47,150 nucleotides of DNA from a virus: the IMG/VR virus record IMGVR_UViG_3300045988_023644, positions 1 through 47,150 of that record, one strand, 5' to 3'. The notes under the pieces were generated by a model. That model ran no database searches and had not been told where the DNA came from. It worked only from the letters and a program-made list of their open reading frames with translations. A program made the translations under genes and the position numbers. This document shows, piece by piece, positions 22,461 to 30,015 of the stretch; within the stretch, counting starts at the first letter, position 1; every line of letters starts with the position of its first letter.

Positions 22461-23257
22461 AGGCTGTCCTCCGTACTGCCGTAGTCATAGGTAAACGGCT
22501 TATTTTGCTGTGCTTTTCCGCCGCGATCCTGCTCTCTGGCAAGCCACGAAGTGATAAACCTCTTAATTCCGCCGCGCGTCTTGCGCTTCGCCGGATTGGA
22601 ATCACACCAGCCTACCATGTTCCGAAGTTGCTGCCGCACGTTAACGTTGGGATACAGCTTTTCCCATTGAACCGCATCCGTCTCCTGAACGACATATGTC
22701 GTTCCGTCATTGAGAATAAGCTCGGCAACTGGCGGCGTGGATGCCGCTTGCGGCTCCGCGCATATATCTTCTTTGCTCTTCTCTACTCTACTTTTCTCTG
22801 CTTTACTTTGTTTTTCAATGTCAGCATTTTTTGAAAAAATGTTGACATTTTCAGCTTGAATGTTGACATTGGGGCAAATTTGGGCGACATTAACTAGAAG
22901 GATGTTGTAATCGACGCTGAGAACTTTACGGCGGCTGACTGCCTCGAAGTACCTTTTTTGCACCCCCTTTGAGGTCAGCACATGGTACTTGTCATATTTC
23001 TCTTTGTCGAACATCCCTCGTCTGATAGAAGCCTCTATTATTTCGGAAACGACGCTCCCACCCAACCCGACCTTGCGAGCAAACAAAAGCGCAACCTCCT
23101 CTGTCCATTCAATGTAGTAACCCGCCTTGCCGTAAATCTCTTGCAGCAAGTGAACGACTACACCAAATCCTGTCAAGCCAAATTCTGCCTCTATCAGTTC
23201 AAACTTTGCATCCAACGCGACATCAAGCGGAAAGTAGTCGATCCCGCTCTTTGCCAT
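22457..23257 (-). CDS. Replisome organizer / replication initiator (DUF4373-like N-terminal domain)
   Basis: MAKSGIDYFPLDV... N-terminus. Iterons inside the gene. Confidence 0.7.
   Translation of the reverse strand: MAKSGIDYFPLDVALDAKFELIEAEFGLTGFGVVVHLLQEIYGKAGYYIEWTEEVALLFARKVGLGGSVVSEIIEASIRRGMFDKEKYDKYHVLTSKGVQKRYFEAVSRRKVLSVDYNILLVNVAQICPNVNIQAENVNIFSKNADIEKQSKAEKSRVEKSKEDICAEPQAASTPPVAELILNDGTTYVVQETDAVQWEKLYPNVNVRQQLRNMVGWCDSNPAKRKTRGGIKRFITSWLAREQDRGGKAQQNKPFTYDYGSTEDSL
22817..22911. repeat. Five iterons (AATGTTGACAT and variants) at an exact 21-bp period: putative origin of replication
   Basis: Iteron ends at 22827, 22848, 22869, 22890 and 22911. Confidence 0.65.
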
Positions 23258-23265
23258 GACCTACC

Positions 23266-23691
23266 TCAGAACGGCAAAGAATCGTCCATGTCGTCCTCGA
23301 CCTCGTCGAAGTCCTCCGCGTCAACGTTGACCGGGGCTTTCGCCGCCTGATAGCTGCCGGGAGCGTTGTCACTGCGGCTGTCGCCAAAGTACACGTTGTC
23401 AGCAATGACCTCTGCATTGCGGCGCTTGTTGCCGTCCTTGTCCTGCCAGTCCCGGATCTGGAGTCGCCCTTCCACCACGGCCATGCGGCCCTTGGTGAAG
23501 TATTTGCTGACGAACTCCGCCGTCTGCCTCCATACAACGCAATCAATAAAGTCGGTTTTCTTCGTGCCATCGGCGTTCTTAAAATCGCAATCAACGGCCA
23601 GCGTAAATGACGTGACCGCCGTGCCGCTGTTTGTCCGCCGAAGCTCCGGATCGCGGGTCAAACGTCCCATAACGAAAATCTTGTTCAGCAT
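23266..23691 (-). CDS. ssb: Single-stranded DNA-binding protein
   Basis: OB-fold N-terminus MLNKIFVMGRLTRDPELR and acidic tail DDMDDSLPF. Confidence 0.9.
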   Translation of the reverse strand: MLNKIFVMGRLTRDPELRRTNSGTAVTSFTLAVDCDFKNADGTKKTDFIDCVVWRQTAEFVSKYFTKGRMAVVEGRLQIRDWQDKDGNKRRNAEVIADNVYFGDSRSDNAPGSYQAAKAPVNVDAEDFDEVEDDMDDSLPF

Positions 23692-23903
23692 TTCTTATCC
23701 TCCAGTCTGTACTCGGCGAAGCTCACGCTCTCGCCGTATCGGTTCTTGTTTGTCACTGTCCGCTTGCTGATGGCATGCCCTGCGTGGCGTAAGTCCCAGA
23801 TTCTCGCGCCCAGCCGGTAGCAGCCAAACTCACGGGCGGCGTCCAGTTGCGTGATGGGGCCTACCGTTTCCATGTATTCTAGGATTCTGTCGCACTGTGT
23901 CAT
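23685..23903 (-). CDS. Winged-helix DNA-binding protein
   Basis: 72 aa, RBS GGAGGG. Confidence 0.5.
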   Translation of the reverse strand: MTQCDRILEYMETVGPITQLDAAREFGCYRLGARIWDLRHAGHAISKRTVTNKNRYGESVSFAEYRLEDKKC

Positions 23904-23911
23904 AAGCCCTC

Positions 23912-24190
23912 CTATAAGTACGATTTCCCGAACTCGCGCCGGAAATCATCCTCTGTCCAGCCCCGTTCTTGCATGGCCTTGAGCTGCCCATAGCGGCGCA
24001 GGCGACGCATTTGGTCCCCGTTTCGGTGTACTGCGTCCCTGCCGGTCCGGTGGCATCGGTTGCCGCAGAGATAGACTGCAAGGCCGTATTTCTCGCTTTT
24101 CTTGCGGTACGCAGCACCAAATATGTGATGGTGCTCCAATGGGTCTGACGGGTCATTTCTGCCGCAAAGGAAGCATTTTCTTTCTTCCAT
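23912..24190 (-). CDS. Zinc-binding small protein (CFLCG...LEHHHIFG...LCGNRCH)
   Basis: Start at ATG 24190 (RBS GGAGGGGAG). Confidence 0.55.
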   Translation of the reverse strand: MEERKCFLCGRNDPSDPLEHHHIFGAAYRKKSEKYGLAVYLCGNRCHRTGRDAVHRNGDQMRRLRRYGQLKAMQERGWTEDDFRREFGKSYL

Positions 24191-24207
24191 TATTCTCTCC
24201 CCTCCGT

Positions 24208-24597
24208 TCAGTCTGAGACGTATTCCGGGCAGCGAAAAATGGCAAAGGATTTCATTTCGTCGTGCCGTCCCTGATGCTTTACCGTTGGAACGGCATCCCA
24301 TCCCTTCACAGGCTCCGGGTTCTTTTTTGACCAACTGCACCTGCCCGCGTATTTTTTGCATGACCAGCACGGCTGATTGACAGCCGGAGGGCCTCCCATT
24401 CGCCTTGCCTTTCTGCACCCGCAATCCCTTGCGTATTTCAAGTTCTTCGCGTATATAATCCGCGTGCCCCCGCATTTGCATCTGCAAAGCCAGCGTATTC
24501 CTTCGTTGGAACCTCCCGAACCAAGATCCTTTTCAACGGTGAGCATCCCGTATTTCTCCCCCGTGTGGTCTCGGTGGCGTTGCTTTCTTGAAGTCAT
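24208..24597 (-). CDS. Hypothetical Cys-rich protein
   Basis: Start at ATG 24597 (ATGA overlap). Confidence 0.55.
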   Translation of the reverse strand: MTSRKQRHRDHTGEKYGMLTVEKDLGSGGSNEGIRWLCRCKCGGTRIIYAKNLKYARDCGCRKARRMGGPPAVNQPCWSCKKYAGRCSWSKKNPEPVKGWDAVPTVKHQGRHDEMKSFAIFRCPEYVSD

Positions 24598-24926
24598 TTC
24601 GCCGTACCCCATTCCCGATCAAGCTGTGAATCCATCAGCCGGATTTGCAGTTTCATGGAGTTAATGGCCTCCATCGCGGATTTGTAAAGCACCTCGGCGC
24701 AATCACGGCTAAACCGAAGCTGAGCAATCTCTGACTTTCCCTTGCAAATGTCAGAAATAATCGTCACCGGCATACCGTTGTCCCGCTCTGTAAGCATCTG
24801 CTTGGCAAGCGCCACGCGGTAGTCTCGTTCGGCCTCCGCGTATTTCTGCCCGCGCCGCTTCATCTCCGAAATGGCAACGTCCAGCATCCGGCTCTTGTCC
24901 ATGATCTCAGTGACCAGATCAGCCAT
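24594..24926 (-). CDS. Hypothetical protein
   Basis: 110 aa, in an operon with erf. Confidence 0.55.
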   Translation of the reverse strand: MADLVTEIMDKSRMLDVAISEMKRRGQKYAEAERDYRVALAKQMLTERDNGMPVTIISDICKGKSEIAQLRFSRDCAEVLYKSAMEAINSMKLQIRLMDSQLDREWGTAK

Positions 24927-25503
24927 TGGCGGTCTCCATCGCCGCCCGTGCGGCCTTCATGCAATCCCAGCAAAGGCGGCGACCGTAAGCCTCAACGGCG
25001 TTCTGCGCGATGGTGTCGGCGGAGTACTCAGTACCCTTAAAGCGTTTTGCCGTGATCTTCTTGCCGCAGTCCTCGCAGGTAATGGCCTTTTTGGCTTCTT
25101 CGTCCAACTGTGCGGAGCTGATCTTGTCCGGGTCTTCTCCGGTGGGAATCGCAAACGTTCGCAGCCACATGTACTTAAATGCGTATGTCATTGCCTTGCC
25201 GCTGCCCTTGTCCTGCGTGTCCGCGCCGTCACCGCAGGACACCACTTCGATGTAATCTGCCGGGTCTTCGATGTTTACGATACGGTACTTCACGTCAACG
25301 TGGGTGATGTTTCCGATTCTGGTGGCGCTTTGCTCAACTGGAAATACCACCAGCTTATGCTTGAGCATGGCAGACCGCATGATAACCGTCACCTTTTCTT
25401 CGGACAACGCCTTGTAATTAGTCTGCCCAAATGAAACGTTATCGTCCTTTGCCAGATACTGCACATCCTGCATGACGGCAGCGATTTTCTCATAAATGTT
25501 CAT
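24919..25503 (-). CDS. erf: ERF family single-strand annealing protein
   Basis: GKAMTYAFKYMWLRTFAIPTGEDPD motif. Confidence 0.8.
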   Translation of the reverse strand: MNIYEKIAAVMQDVQYLAKDDNVSFGQTNYKALSEEKVTVIMRSAMLKHKLVVFPVEQSATRIGNITHVDVKYRIVNIEDPADYIEVVSCGDGADTQDKGSGKAMTYAFKYMWLRTFAIPTGEDPDKISSAQLDEEAKKAITCEDCGKKITAKRFKGTEYSADTIAQNAVEAYGRRLCWDCMKAARAAMETANG

Positions 25504-25994
25504 CACTTCACCCCCACATTCATGCTTGTGGCCAGCTCCGCGCCGTCAATGGAAACGCCAGTTTTCAGAAGAACGGAAATGTCGCTCTTGGCTACGCTGG
25601 GTGCGCTGTACTGTACCATGCTGTCATGTCCGTTAGTCACACACCAGTGCACCAGTTCTTCCATGTTGGTGATCTCCACGCGCGTACTTTTTCGGAACGA
25701 AACCGCACACTTAGCGCTCTTGAACGGATTACCGTCCAGAGCCTTGTCCAGATACTCAAGGAGCCGCTCCCGCTTCTTCTCCAAAGACTGGCGGCGCTCC
25801 GCAAGCGCCTTTTCCTCTGTGCGGATGGCCTTTGCTTCTGCATCCAGATTCTTTGTCCAGCACGCCACACTCTCGATCTTCTTGTCGCGCTCCATCTGCA
25901 AGGATTCAAAAGCATCGAAATCCTTGATCTCTCCGGTTTCTTCGTCAACCAGCGTCTCAAGCGCGTGGTCGATTTCGTATAAGCTTAAACTCAT
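25503..25994 (-). CDS. Siphovirus Gp157-like protein
   Basis: Coiled-coil N-terminus and position upstream of erf. Confidence 0.55.
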   Translation of the reverse strand: MSLSLYEIDHALETLVDEETGEIKDFDAFESLQMERDKKIESVACWTKNLDAEAKAIRTEEKALAERRQSLEKKRERLLEYLDKALDGNPFKSAKCAVSFRKSTRVEITNMEELVHWCVTNGHDSMVQYSAPSVAKSDISVLLKTGVSIDGAELATSMNVGVK

Positions 25995-26341
25995 GACTTC
26001 GCCTCCTGATAAAGTTTCTTCAAATCCGCCCAGCTGTTGCCGTCCAGCACATCATCCAGCCATGCCTCTTCCGTGTCGCCCAACTCCTGGGCGCCCATTT
26101 CAAACAGGTTGATAATGGCGATCTTGCGGCAGTCTGGGCAGAGAAAATGATTCTCGTACTTGCTGCCGACGTGTCCATCGTCCCATGTCACATGGGCGCG
26201 GCAGATGTCGCACTCGAACACCTCGTCATAATGGGTATCGCCGCAGCAGGGGCAGACATACGCCCCATCGTTCTTGTCCCAGAAATCCCGGTCATAGATG
26301 GGCTGCTCGAACTCCCGCCCCGTCTCATTGCATCGGAACAT
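25991..26341 (-). CDS. Hypothetical zinc-ribbon protein
   Basis: CPCCG...CDIC...CPDC. Confidence 0.55.
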   Translation of the reverse strand: MFRCNETGREFEQPIYDRDFWDKNDGAYVCPCCGDTHYDEVFECDICRAHVTWDDGHVGSKYENHFLCPDCRKIAIINLFEMGAQELGDTEEAWLDDVLDGNSWADLKKLYQEAKS

Positions 26342-26350
26342 GTAATCCTC

Positions 26351-26770
26351 CTATCCGTTCAGCGTCTTTTGTTCCGCGAACTTATAGCACATGTGTGCCG
26401 CATAGCTGATGGACTTGATCAGATCCAGCTCTTTGTCGCCGCGAATCTGTGACCATGCGTAGACGATCTCCTCCTCGCCGAAGGAAACGCCAAACCGCAA
26501 CTTGTCCGGATGAACGGACAGCGTCAGGTGGTAGCCAGTTGCCCCCCCCTGAACGACAGGTGTTTTCTCTTTTGGGAGAAACGCATCGTCCGGCAGATTC
26601 CACGTCTTGCGGACAAACTCAAGAACGGTATCGCTCATGGAACCGCGCGCAACGGCGTTATACCACACATTGCTGGTTCTGCCGATCTGCTTTGCAAGCT
26701 GTACCTGCGTTTCCGGCCTTGAATTCAGCCAATCACGCAGCGCCTGCGTGTCGATTTTTACTTGTGCCAC
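26351..26770 (-). CDS. Early protein with an HTH-like segment
   Basis: GTG 26770 preceded by AAAGGAGA. ETQVQLAKQIGRTSNVWYNAVARG. Confidence 0.5.
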   Translation of the reverse strand: MAQVKIDTQALRDWLNSRPETQVQLAKQIGRTSNVWYNAVARGSMSDTVLEFVRKTWNLPDDAFLPKEKTPVVQGGATGYHLTLSVHPDKLRFGVSFGEEEIVYAWSQIRGDKELDLIKSISYAAHMCYKFAEQKTLNG

Positions 26771-26772
26771 AT

Positions 26773-27012
26773 TTATCTCCTTTTCCCGTGGGCAAGCTTT
26801 GCACGTCTTGCCCGGTCTGTTGCTTTCTTGATCCCCGCGTATGCATCGTTCTGCGCCTGCTTGCACCTCTTGCGCACCTCATATCCGGCGTTGCGGGATT
26901 TCTCGTATTCCAGATACGGCTTGCAGGCGAAGAAGCACAGCGCCCGCCGGTCGGGACAATCCGGTGTACAGGGACACGGGATCGTCACATGGTGTTCCAT
27001 CATCACGCTCAT
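26773..27012 (-). CDS. Hypothetical Cys-rich basic protein
   Basis: RBS GGAGGT. Confidence 0.55.
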   Translation of the reverse strand: MSVMMEHHVTIPCPCTPDCPDRRALCFFACKPYLEYEKSRNAGYEVRKRCKQAQNDAYAGIKKATDRARRAKLAHGKRR

Positions 27013-27317
27013 TTTCCCAATACCTCCAATAGCTTGTCCCGCTTTTTGAATCGCTCCAACGGAAGTGCACCGCTTTCAAGCCGCGCGATGGAGCTTTGGC
27101 CGCAGCCTACCGCCTCGCCAAGCCCTCGCTGTGACCAGCCCATCCGTGTGCGGGATTTCTTGATCCAGCGCTGGCCTTCGGCATATTTCTCCTTGTTTTC
27201 GGCGTAGCGCGATCGCTGTTTCCGGGCGATGAACGATGCATTGACGGCCCGGTACTCCCGCATATACTGCGTGATATGCTCCTTGTGTTCCTCGTAATAG
27301 GAACGTCCGGCACTCAT
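27009..27317 (-). CDS. XRE-family HTH protein
   Basis: Start at ATG 27317 (RBS GGAGGGG). GWSQRGLGEAVGCGQSSIARLESG. Confidence 0.65.
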   Translation of the reverse strand: MSAGRSYYEEHKEHITQYMREYRAVNASFIARKQRSRYAENKEKYAEGQRWIKKSRTRMGWSQRGLGEAVGCGQSSIARLESGALPLERFKKRDKLLEVLGK

Positions 27318-27403
27318 CTCCGCCCCTCCAACCGGTCGATCAGGTGCATGAACTGCACGGCCACGGTCAGCGCTCCGATATAGATCATGATGTAAGCGAT
27401 CAT
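27314..27403 (-). CDS. 29-aa hydrophobic micro-protein MIAYIMIYIGALTVAVQFMHLIDRLEGRR
   Basis: ATG 27403 preceded by AGGAGGTACAT. Confidence 0.45.
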   Translation of the reverse strand: MIAYIMIYIGALTVAVQFMHLIDRLEGRR

Positions 27404-27412
27404 ATGTACCTC

Positions 27413-27661
27413 CTATGCTCTCACCAGCTGGGAAAGTTCCTCGGCGCTGAACCGCAGCAGCCTGTCCAGATTCTTGATGTCCTCGCACGTCCATGAGCCG
27501 CTGGCGAATTTGGCGTTCAGCGTGGAAATGCGAAATCCGGTCTTTCGAGCCAGTTCGGATTGTGACTGGATGTCGCGCTGTGCGCATTTGGTGCGGATGA
27601 TCTTCCGCATCGTCGTGGCGCGTGTCTCAACCGGGCTTTGCGCCCATGTACACTTTGACAT
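27413..27661 (-). CDS. HTH DNA-binding protein
   Basis: SQSELARKTGFRISTLNAKFASG. RBS GGAGAAAGG before ATG 27661 (alternative start at 27610). Confidence 0.6.
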   Translation of the reverse strand: MSKCTWAQSPVETRATTMRKIIRTKCAQRDIQSQSELARKTGFRISTLNAKFASGSWTCEDIKNLDRLLRFSAEELSQLVRA

Positions 27662-27666
27662 TGTTC

Positions 27667-27774
27667 TTGCCTTTCTCCGTTGTCTGTGCTACAATAAAGC
27701 CGCACATGACATTGTGCCTTTCATTTCATTTGCCCTGTTCGGTCTGCTATGCCGGGCAGGGCGCTTTTTTATTT
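27667..27774 (+). ncRNA. Candidate short plus-strand RNA (promoter plus terminator, about 70 nt) opposing the early operon
   Basis: TTGCCT (27667-27672), 17-nt spacer ending in TGc, TACAAT (27690-27695). Hairpin 27732-27762 followed by a T run to 27774. Confidence 0.4.
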
Positions 27775-28056
27775 CACGCAGAAAACGCGTCCCTGCTCGT
27801 TGAACTCTCTTACAAGCTTTTCATAAGCGGCCCGCGCCTGATCTTCTGTTGCGTAATACCCAACCGGAAGATAGCCCTTGAGCAGCACCCACTTTTCTTT
27901 GCACTGGTACGTCTTGCCAAGCTCAGGCTGTTCTCCCACGCCAATGGCCTTCTCGGTTTCCGTGTCCTCCAGCACAATGCGCTTCTCAACTTTGACCGTA
28001 TCAAAGTCATTGAGCGGGCAGCAGCTCATAAGAACCGGATTGTTAAGATAGTTCAT
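27769..28056 (-). CDS. Hypothetical early protein
   Basis: 95 aa, second gene of the leftward early operon. Confidence 0.6.
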   Translation of the reverse strand: MNYLNNPVLMSCCPLNDFDTVKVEKRIVLEDTETEKAIGVGEQPELGKTYQCKEKWVLLKGYLPVGYYATEDQARAAYEKLVREFNEQGRVFCVK

Positions 28057-28059
28057 TTT

Positions 28060-28263
28060 TCATTCTCCTTTCCGTTTTGCAATGACCGCATCTACAGCGG
28101 CCTCAAGGCGCTTACGCGCATCCGGCGGCTTGCGGTGGCCGTTCAGCAGCATACTCACATACGGACGCGTAACGCCAAGCTCGGCGGCTACCTCGTCATA
28201 AGTGATCTCGTGAACGTGCATCTTTCCCACAATCTTGCCAGTCCAGGATTCCAGCAAAATCAC
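28060..28263 (-). CDS. Cro-like HTH protein (first gene of the leftward early operon; start uncertain)
   Basis: TYDEVAAELGVTRPYVSMLLNG. AAGGAGGTG upstream. Confidence 0.6.
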   Translation of the reverse strand: MILLESWTGKIVGKMHVHEITYDEVAAELGVTRPYVSMLLNGHRKPPDARKRLEAAVDAVIAKRKGE

Positions 28264-28283
28264 ACCTCCTTAGTGTTAATTTG

Positions 28284-28480
28284 TTTGACTGCGGCGAAAA
28301 AGTTTGTTATAATGCCACTTGGCTTGATTTGTGGCATAGGTGTTTTTGGTGGAAACATCTCCCTGCCGCAATTCCCTACGCTTGTTGTTGCGGAGACTTC
28401 AGAGGGAAGTCAAGCCATTTTTCGGAAGATTCCCGGCTGTGATGCAACACAGGAGGGTTTTCTTTTCCGCCGCAGTCAAA
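28284..28480. repeat. 13-bp perfect inverted repeat TTTGACTGCGGCG (28284-28296) / CGCCGCAGTCAAA (28468-28480)
   Basis: Read directly. The left copy contains the -35 box of the promoter at 28285. Confidence 0.75.
28285..28313 (+). promoter_or_regulatory. Near-consensus promoter
   Basis: TTGACT (28285-28290), 17-nt spacer, TATAAT (28308-28313). Confidence 0.6.
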
Positions 28481-28487
28481 TTAGTGG

Positions 28488-28516
28488 TTGCAAAAGTTAA
28501 CAAAGTATGCTATTAT
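28488..28516 (+). promoter_or_regulatory. Promoter for the cI-like repressor
   Basis: TTGCAA (28488-28493), 17-nt spacer, TATTAT (28511-28516). Confidence 0.5.
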
Positions 28517-28610
28517 GGATTTGCGAGATACATATTAGCAATTTCGGACACGAGCATTTCTGCTGGGGTCTGGTTTTGTGTTAGCTTTTTCAACCGTAAA
28601 CACAGTATAC

Positions 28611-28656
28611 AGCTAGAAAAGTTAGAAGTCAATAACTGTTGTTAACTTTTCTAGCT
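28611..28656. promoter_or_regulatory. 14-bp inverted repeat AGCTAGAAAAGTTA / TAACTTTTCTAGCT (operator or attenuator hairpin) 33 nt upstream of the repressor ATG
   Basis: Read directly. Related AAAAGTTAAC at 28492-28501. Confidence 0.55.
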
Positions 28657-28688
28657 TTCTGCGTTTTGCACAAAAGGATGATCTAAAA

Positions 28689-29039
28689 ATGAGCGTTTTT
28701 TACGATAATTATGTCAGGCTGTGCGCATTGAACAATTTGAGCGAATCTGGTGCCGCAAAAAAGGTTGGTCTTTCTAATGCCGCCGCAAACGGATGGAAAA
28801 ATGGGAAAATGCCGTCCGCCATTACGCAAATCAAACTCGCAAATTTATTTGGCATTTCGCCAGGCGAGCTGATGGGCGCGCCTGCTATCTCGCCGCAGGG
28901 CGCAAAAAAAGCGCTCACCAAAACCAGTGAGCGCGAATTGGATATGTCCTTAATCAAGCGTCTTGTTCAGTTGACGCCGGACGAGATGGAGAAGGTCGAC
29001 GCATTTGTTCAAGGCCTATTAGCATCTCGTCAAGGATAA
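28689..29039 (+). CDS. cI-like XRE-family repressor (no peptidase domain)
   Basis: HTH SESGAAKKVGLSNAAANGWKNG. Divergent from the cro-like gene. Confidence 0.8.
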   Translation: MSVFYDNYVRLCALNNLSESGAAKKVGLSNAAANGWKNGKMPSAITQIKLANLFGISPGELMGAPAISPQGAKKALTKTSERELDMSLIKRLVQLTPDEMEKVDAFVQGLLASRQG

Positions 29040-29094
29040 GCTTTTCTTCGTGAGTGAGCTGCGATATGTATATTGCTGCTTGCTGTTCCGTCAT
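28954..29094 (-). CDS. Possible 46-aa ORF overlapping the repressor 3' end on the opposite strand
   Basis: ATG 29094 preceded by GGAGGA 8 nt upstream. Confidence 0.3.
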   Translation of the reverse strand: MTEQQAAIYISQLTHEEKLILDEMLIGLEQMRRPSPSRPASTEQDA

Positions 29095-29189
29095 GCTTCT
29101 GATCCTCCATCCAAATTCCTGCGTTAGAATAAGTGTTTCATTTATGTGCTTATTTAACACAACCTTATCTGTTTTGCAGCCGCTAGATG

Positions 29190-29309
29190 TGGTATAATTT
29201 TTGTGAGAGACCACTACCATAAAGGGAGGCGTTCCGCCCATGTCCCATCATTATAACTGGCCTGTGTAAGCCCTCCGCCGTCTCCGCAACAACGGCGGAG
29301 GGCTTTTCC
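29190..29309 (+). ncRNA. Small transcription unit: extended -10 promoter, 9-codon ORF (MSHHYNWPV), strong terminator
   Basis: TGgTATAAT (29190-29198), AAAGGGAGG, ATG 29240 to TAA 29269. Hairpin GCCCTCCGCCG/CGGCGGAGGGC (29270-29303) followed by TTTTCC. Confidence 0.45.
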
Positions 29310-29454
29310 CAACGGGCACCCACCATGCCCGCTGTGCAAAAACAGGGTAGCAAAAACAACTTGGGTAGGTCAATTCCGAAGATGGGTATTTGACAAAACT
29401 AGACATACCGACATTCGGGTATCTCCTACCCTACAATGGGAAGAGGAGCAGAAA

Positions 29455-30015
29455 ATGAGCAAGTCTTTACAGGATATATGCAGAGAGGCCAGAGACCGAC
29501 AGGGTATGACCAATCAGGACGTTGCAGACAATTCCAACGTGCCGCTTTCCAGTGTGCAAAACTTTTTTGCATCTACATCTAAAACGCCAACTGTAAATAA
29601 CTCCGGCAACATATGCCGTGCTTGTGGTGTTTCACTGGACAAGTATTTTGGCATCACGCCGGATGTTCTGCCGGAAGAGCAAATAGAACAAATGGAACGC
29701 GATCACAAAGCGGAGCTGGTAACGGCAAATCTGGAAGGACGGATAGAACAGCTTTCCAAGACCGAGAAGCGTATGCGAATATCGCTTTACAGTATCTCCG
29801 TCCTTGCTGTGGTTTTGCTAATGACGTTAATCGGCTATGTGGTGTTTGACTATCAGTTGCCCAACGTCGGTATTATTCAGGGTAAACAGGCTATCACTTT
29901 GGCATGGATCGTCATTGTCCTGCTGGCCGTCGGCGTTGGCGTGATCGCGTCGGCGTTTTTGAACGCCCTGCGATATGCGAAGAAGATTACAGAGGAAAAG
30001 GGGAGAGGGGAATGA
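29455..30015 (+). CDS. Membrane-anchored XRE-family HTH protein (HTH, coiled coil, 2 TM helices)
   Basis: GMTNQDVADNSNVPLSSVQNFF HTH. TM helices ISLYSISVLAVVLLMTLIGYVVF and ITLAWIVIVLLAVGVGVIASAFL. Confidence 0.75.
   Translation: MSKSLQDICREARDRQGMTNQDVADNSNVPLSSVQNFFASTSKTPTVNNSGNICRACGVSLDKYFGITPDVLPEEQIEQMERDHKAELVTANLEGRIEQLSKTEKRMRISLYSISVLAVVLLMTLIGYVVFDYQLPNVGIIQGKQAITLAWIVIVLLAVGVGVIASAFLNALRYAKKITEEKGRGE

Noticed and set aside
28340-28645. 101-aa plus-strand ORF in the immunity intergenic region
   Set aside because: It has no RBS, runs through a predicted terminator, a promoter and the operator-like inverted repeat, and has an implausible basic/hydrophobic composition.
29240-29269. 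The 9-aa ORF as an arbitrium-type (AimP) communication peptide
   Set aside because: It has no signal peptide or propeptide, and the genome has no AimR-like TPR receptor gene.
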